A stretch of DNA of 64,000 nt from Tubulanus polymorphus (taxonomy: Eukaryota; Animalia; Nemertea). Positions 58,857 to 64,000 of the stretch are shown piece after piece. The first letter of the stretch is position 1; every line of letters begins with the position of its first letter. Made by a program: the position numbers and the translations under genes. The stretch lies in the NCBI RefSeq assembly GCF_964204645.1, contig NC_134025.1, positions 5,394,001 to 5,458,000 on the forward strand, written 5' to 3'. The notes below the pieces were generated by a model. The model had not been told where the DNA came from. It saw nothing but the letters and a program-made list of their open reading frames with translations, and made no database searches.

Positions 58857-60431
58857 GTACGTATACAATTACGATTCAATATGGTAAAAATCTATAATTT
58901 CCCATTGTATTTTATAATGCTTTGAAAGAACTGCCTTCTCTTCCACTAACTGTGAAGAGCTATTTTAGTTATTCCACCTAATGAACCTACTAGAACAATG
59001 TCCTTATTAGAATCAAATATTCATATTGATATTTGACAAAACAAGTCAGTTACACACTGGTATTTTCCATGTGTGGGATGATTCCTTCTGTCAATAAGAA
59101 TTTGATGGATCTTTTCTCAATAATAGATTGATGGTACCTGTATTTGCGTTATTCAAAATGTAGTTGCTGAATTTTTGGACGTTTATTAGAAACAAGGTTG
59201 CCATGGTCTCTGTATGCAACTTGTAAACAAACTCTGAGCAGGTCTCTCGGTGCAGTTAAGATCAAACATAACGACAGGTTCACGATCACCAGAGAATGTT
59301 TGGTCAATTCGTTAGTTGGACAAATTTGTACTCGCCATTTCTAGAGATTCTTGTGCAAATGTTTGAATTTTAACTTAAAATGGTGCGACCCCGCAAATGG
59401 CCGGAGTTCTTTCATCTTTTCATATCGTTGTTGATGTTGTCCAGCTGTTTGTTTGAACGTTTTGAACTTATGATCTGTCGCTGGTTCAATAATTTTGTTT
59501 TAACATTCTCCATCTGATTCAGTGTACTAGTAAATGCCAATCAATAAAAGCAAGTTCAAATTTACTCATCAACACTACTGCGATGCCAAATGTCCCATAG
59601 ATATTTTGTACCTTTCTTGTATTTTGTTCATTAGTCTACTTTTGTGGTGTAATATCAATATTTCCCCCTCCCCCAGGAATCCATGAATCCCTGAATCTCC
59701 TATGCATCTTATTAACTGGCCCGGTGAAGGATCCCGGGACAAATAGTGATGTATCTATACCTCGAATCTGACGTGAATAAGGTACTATCTTTTCATGAGA
59801 CACTGTTTGAGTTTTGGGGCAAAAATAGTGTATTTTTTGCTATATACTTCATATTACACTCATACTTAGATGATACATTTTTGTTTCAACACAACTAATC
59901 ATAGTGCAATCATCTTAATTAGACAGTGCCTTTTTCCTCGCACATTGCTACAAACGCAAAAAGTGTTTGTACAAAGGAAATGTTTTCGATCATATAGAAC
60001 CATTTTCACCAAACAGAAAGTCAAATATTTACAACGTTATGAACATGAGGTAATTCGTTAATGTGTTTGCCAGAAAGTATGAGAAGTGTTTGACTTAGCC
60101 TGTAATTGTGCTGGCATGCTTTTAGTATGACCAATAAGTGTGTAGTAGATAAATAGTCTCCATAAAACAACGATCCAACCCTTAAACACTGTTAAATGGC
60201 AGGAACAAAGCCAGAATGACCATATTTTTCCTTCAATAAACCACTCCTTTCCTTTCTAACTACTGGGATAAACAATTTATGAATTACTAATTCGCTCGTA
60301 TGGTTTGTATGAAAATGAGAAATTGTGGGTCTGGAACATTATATATATATCAGAGGGTACTGAAACATTTTGCTTTTTAAAAACTTTCAACACGTAGGAA
60401 GGTTTGGCAATTCTTTATATTATCAGTACTT

Positions 60432-60527
60432 AACTATCAACTAATAGCTGATGATATACGTTTCTTTGTCTAAACATCTTTTTCCTTAAAAGATTATCGT
60501 TTGATCATCAGCTATTAGTTGATAGTT
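60432..60527. repeat. Perfect 24-bp inverted repeat with 48-nt spacer
   Basis: AACTATCAACTAATAGCTGATGAT (60432-60455) and ATCATCAGCTATTAGTTGATAGTT (60504-60527). Confidence 0.85.
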
Positions 60528-62549
60528 GATATTGTTTTCTGTTTAGGATTTAATAGATTCTTTGATTTGAATTATAGTTGTTTCTATGATAGCCTGAAAT
60601 TTTCTGAAAACAATGGACATACCCTTACAACCTATCATTGCTATTATTATTTTGTTAATTGATTACACTAGTGTTTGTCCCAGTGGTTGTTTAGTTGGTT
60701 TCTACTTGCATAGCATATCCATGGCAAATGCCGTGGAGATGTCTAGGATTGTCCAAGACCCCAGAAAGAACATTGGAAATAAATGGCCAAGTAAGAGGTG
60801 CATTGAGTGCTAGACAAACAAGAGGCCATTTTGATTGCTAAACTTGTTCCATTAGTCATTGGGCAAGTGGGTTTGGAAGACAAAGACAGCTTTGGTTCTT
60901 AGACGTGCCCGGGTTGGTCAATATTGTACCTTTTACGCAACAGTTTCGTCAAAACAAAAGAGAAAGTAAACTCAATAATGAGATTTACATTAGTGAAAAC
61001 TGTCAGACGAGGTCTCAGATCCCATTCTTGTTTATGACTGATAGATTTTCTTTCTTGTGGCCTATTTCTGAGAAATTCGCACAGAAAGTGAAATAATTCA
61101 TTATGAAATATCTGTAATTTCTCTCCCCAGCAACGTGACAAAGTACCCATGACCATAGTAGTACTTCGGCACGCACCCAAAAGCGTTTATCGATTTTCGC
61201 CGACGAACAATTAACTTCACAAAATGGCGCCGATCGACAAACATTTGGGTACCATTGTTAATATCGGCGTTGGCAAAGGTTTAAGCGGAACTGACAAATG
61301 TTTGCACAGTTCCCCCAGCGCCGTTTCATCTCGGCCGCCCGGCGTTACCGCCTGACCTCACCAAATTCGATAATGGCAGCCATCACCGAGAACTTACTAA
61401 AACATTTGTGGTACAACAACGGCTGACAACTTATGTACCAAAGTATTGTTATTTTCTAACAGATGAGGATGATGTTTACTTTCACAAAATTCCAACTGAA
61501 CCAACAAATATTCTGCTTTATGCTTTTTCCTTTATGGTCTTATGTGTTTAGTTTCGAATTTCCGTGCGTTTTAGAATTTCATCATTACAGTCCCATTGAC
61601 ATGTTCAGATGAATAGTCCAGCAAAGCTGTTGGCTTTTCCATCATAGAAACAATTGCGTACTCTGCACTTAAACATCAATAATGCCATCAAGACAGAAAC
61701 CTATATTTTTGTTCATCCAACGGTTATGTCAAATTCACGTTTTAAAGATGGCTGCTAATTCACGTTTTAAAGATGGCTGCTATGATACACAATGGCCAAT
61801 ATTTTTGGAATTATCAAGTTTTAATGTAAAGTTTGATCCTATGCTTAGCCCAAAAGCAGTAATTTCATTGTTGTCCAGCACAATGCCAAGAACATTAGAG
61901 TTGTCATTAACAACTTTTCTTGATTTCTTTTTTCTTATAAATCTGGCTGGGTCAGTCAGTGTTGTCCATACCACTGATTCTTAGATTCAGGACTTGGGCA
62001 GTAGTAGCATATATACGTGAGAAGTAAACATCTGAGTAGTCCTTCGAAGCCGGGGCTTATTATTTAATTTCCTCTCTACCGCTTGTCATACTATCGTTTT
62101 CTTAATTATCGCCCCGACCCTGGCCATTGTACGATATGAAAAATTTACAATATCGCTTGTTTGCCAAGTCGGTGTGTGTGTATGAGTGTGGATGGATGCG
62201 AATGTGAAATGCTAGGGTATTTGTACAGGGTCTGATCAATTCCAGTCGGTATTGTCTCAGCGTGTTTGCATTAATTTGTCCAGTACTGCGTATGAAACTG
62301 GGATTAAACAGACCCTACCAATACTGTAAATAGATTGCGCAAATATTATCTAGATCCATATGACAAGCTTATCAGTAAGCTTCAGCAACTGTCAATATGT
62401 TGCTTCAGACTTGATTGGTTGCTTCTTGAAGGCAGTGGTGAAACTCTAAATATGCAGGTCTTTTACATCCAGTTCCTGATTTTTCCTTATCCCATGGCTT
62501 GTCACCTTGCGACCATCTTATTTGCATCCTAAAGAGCAGATGATTTTGC

Positions 62550-62765
62550 TGGGGTCAAACTGGGAAGGACCAGACCAGAATCAAAATCGGCCCGTGCCTA
62601 ATTAGAAGGCATATTCTCACATAAATCATTCGCTTGTTACTAAAATGCTATCAAAATGAAGCAGTGGCAAGCAAGGTGAGTCAGTTCCAGAACAAATGAG
62701 CCTGGTGGCTGGGCCAAATTTTAATCAGGCATGGATGTAATCGGCACCAGTGGGATCAGTCGGCC
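62550..62765 (+). repeat. Old dispersed repeat family, copy 4
   Basis: GGCCCGTGCCTAATTAGA...GGTGAGTCAGTTCCAGAAC...GGGCCAAATTT, homologous to copies 1-3. Confidence 0.65.
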
Positions 62766-64000
62766 TAAACTATCCTATAACACCAGGGCCTGACAGCTTA
62801 CAACTTCATTGTGAGCAGCTACTTATCAGGTTGTATGGGTTCCTTTATTCTAGGTTAAAACATCACTTTTTGACTACTGAAAATGATATGCAGGTCATAC
62901 TCTGCTTTTTGATGAAAAAGCAATTATGGAGAAATCGGAAAAATCATAATTCTTAAACTGTCAATTGACTTGATTGTTATGGTCTTATCATCTAATGCTA
63001 GCACTGTAAATAATGCCGAATTTGTCTGGCAAATACGAATTGTTGGTATATAAATAATGTTACAAGTTGTCATCAAGCAAAATCCTTCTGGCTATCTAAT
63101 ATTAACTTTCTAAACAAGATACTTGATTACAGTGGCCACATAAATCTAAATGCTATCAAATTAGGAGCATTTTGTACACAAAGTCTGTTTGGAATTTTAT
63201 TTAACATCTACTCAATAGTAATAATTGCTGATGTTTTCGCCTGATAAAATTCAATTTTGCCTGGCAAAGATTCGCAAACAAGTTATTAAGTTGAGGATAC
63301 ACATTGTAGTCAAACAGCGGTATTTGATGCAGTCAAATAGATTTGTGTAAAATATCTGTGTGATGTGAAAACAATACACAGACTGTGTCCCTACGACTAA
63401 TTCAAATTTATTCTCTCCGCAAGATTAAATTTACCATCACTACCAACCCGCTATATATAATAACAGTAGGTCTATGAGGTACCCCTTCCATTAATTGAGC
63501 AAATGTGATAGAGTCAGCCGGACTTTCCGACTGGATTTTGTGACCGATTATGGGAACTGATTCAAAATGATGGATAAATAGATTTCGCACTTTAGGAATT
63601 GAATCATGGCGTCAGGAATGAAATAGTGAGTGTAATATCTTCACTCCTATCAGCGCGCCCTCATAAGTTGGATTTATTGGAAGGAGTTTAAAAATCTTAG
63701 TCATTCTAGTGTATGACTAAGAATTTTTCACCGCGATATATCATGTGAATAAATTTGTGTCGCAGAACAATATGAATCCGAATCGTGGATGCAAAAAAAC
63801 ATTTATTGTATTCCAATATCACCATAGGCGGCAAAGGAGCTATTTTGTGTAATCGCGTTCGGCGAAGAATTTCGGCAGCAATTCAAAGACGAAATATTCT
63901 TATGCTTCACTGAAAAGCGCATTGTTACGATTTTAAGCATTCGCAACGGCAAAGACTTTAAAAGAGCAGTCTATTATCGGGCTCGCGTTTTAAGGGGTTA

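Overview
AT-rich, intron-rich animal DNA, probably a marine invertebrate (inference from gene content). Host genes in order: a 9-finger C2H2 zinc-finger gene (-), YRDC (+), PET117 (-), DZANK1 (+) and MIPOL1 (+, runs off the right end, with a 22.3-kb intron). The main feature is a 9.6-kb foldback-like DNA element (7588-17152) inserted at a TTAA site in the divergent ZnF/YRDC promoter, 40 bp upstream of the YRDC ATG. It has short TIRs with hairpins and two large inverted arrays of a 30-bp unit built from the TIR motif. It carries a spliced, decayed cargo gene (acidic exon repeats - UIM - OTU deubiquitinase - PHD finger - PWWP3A/MUM1-C-terminal-like domain), and no transposase is visible. PET117-DZANK1 next to MIPOL1 appears to preserve an ancestral segment whose human descendants lie on the 20p11 and 14q13-21 paralogons. 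Several MITEs and an RFX X-box are also present. All calls come from reading the sequence by eye; no searches were run.
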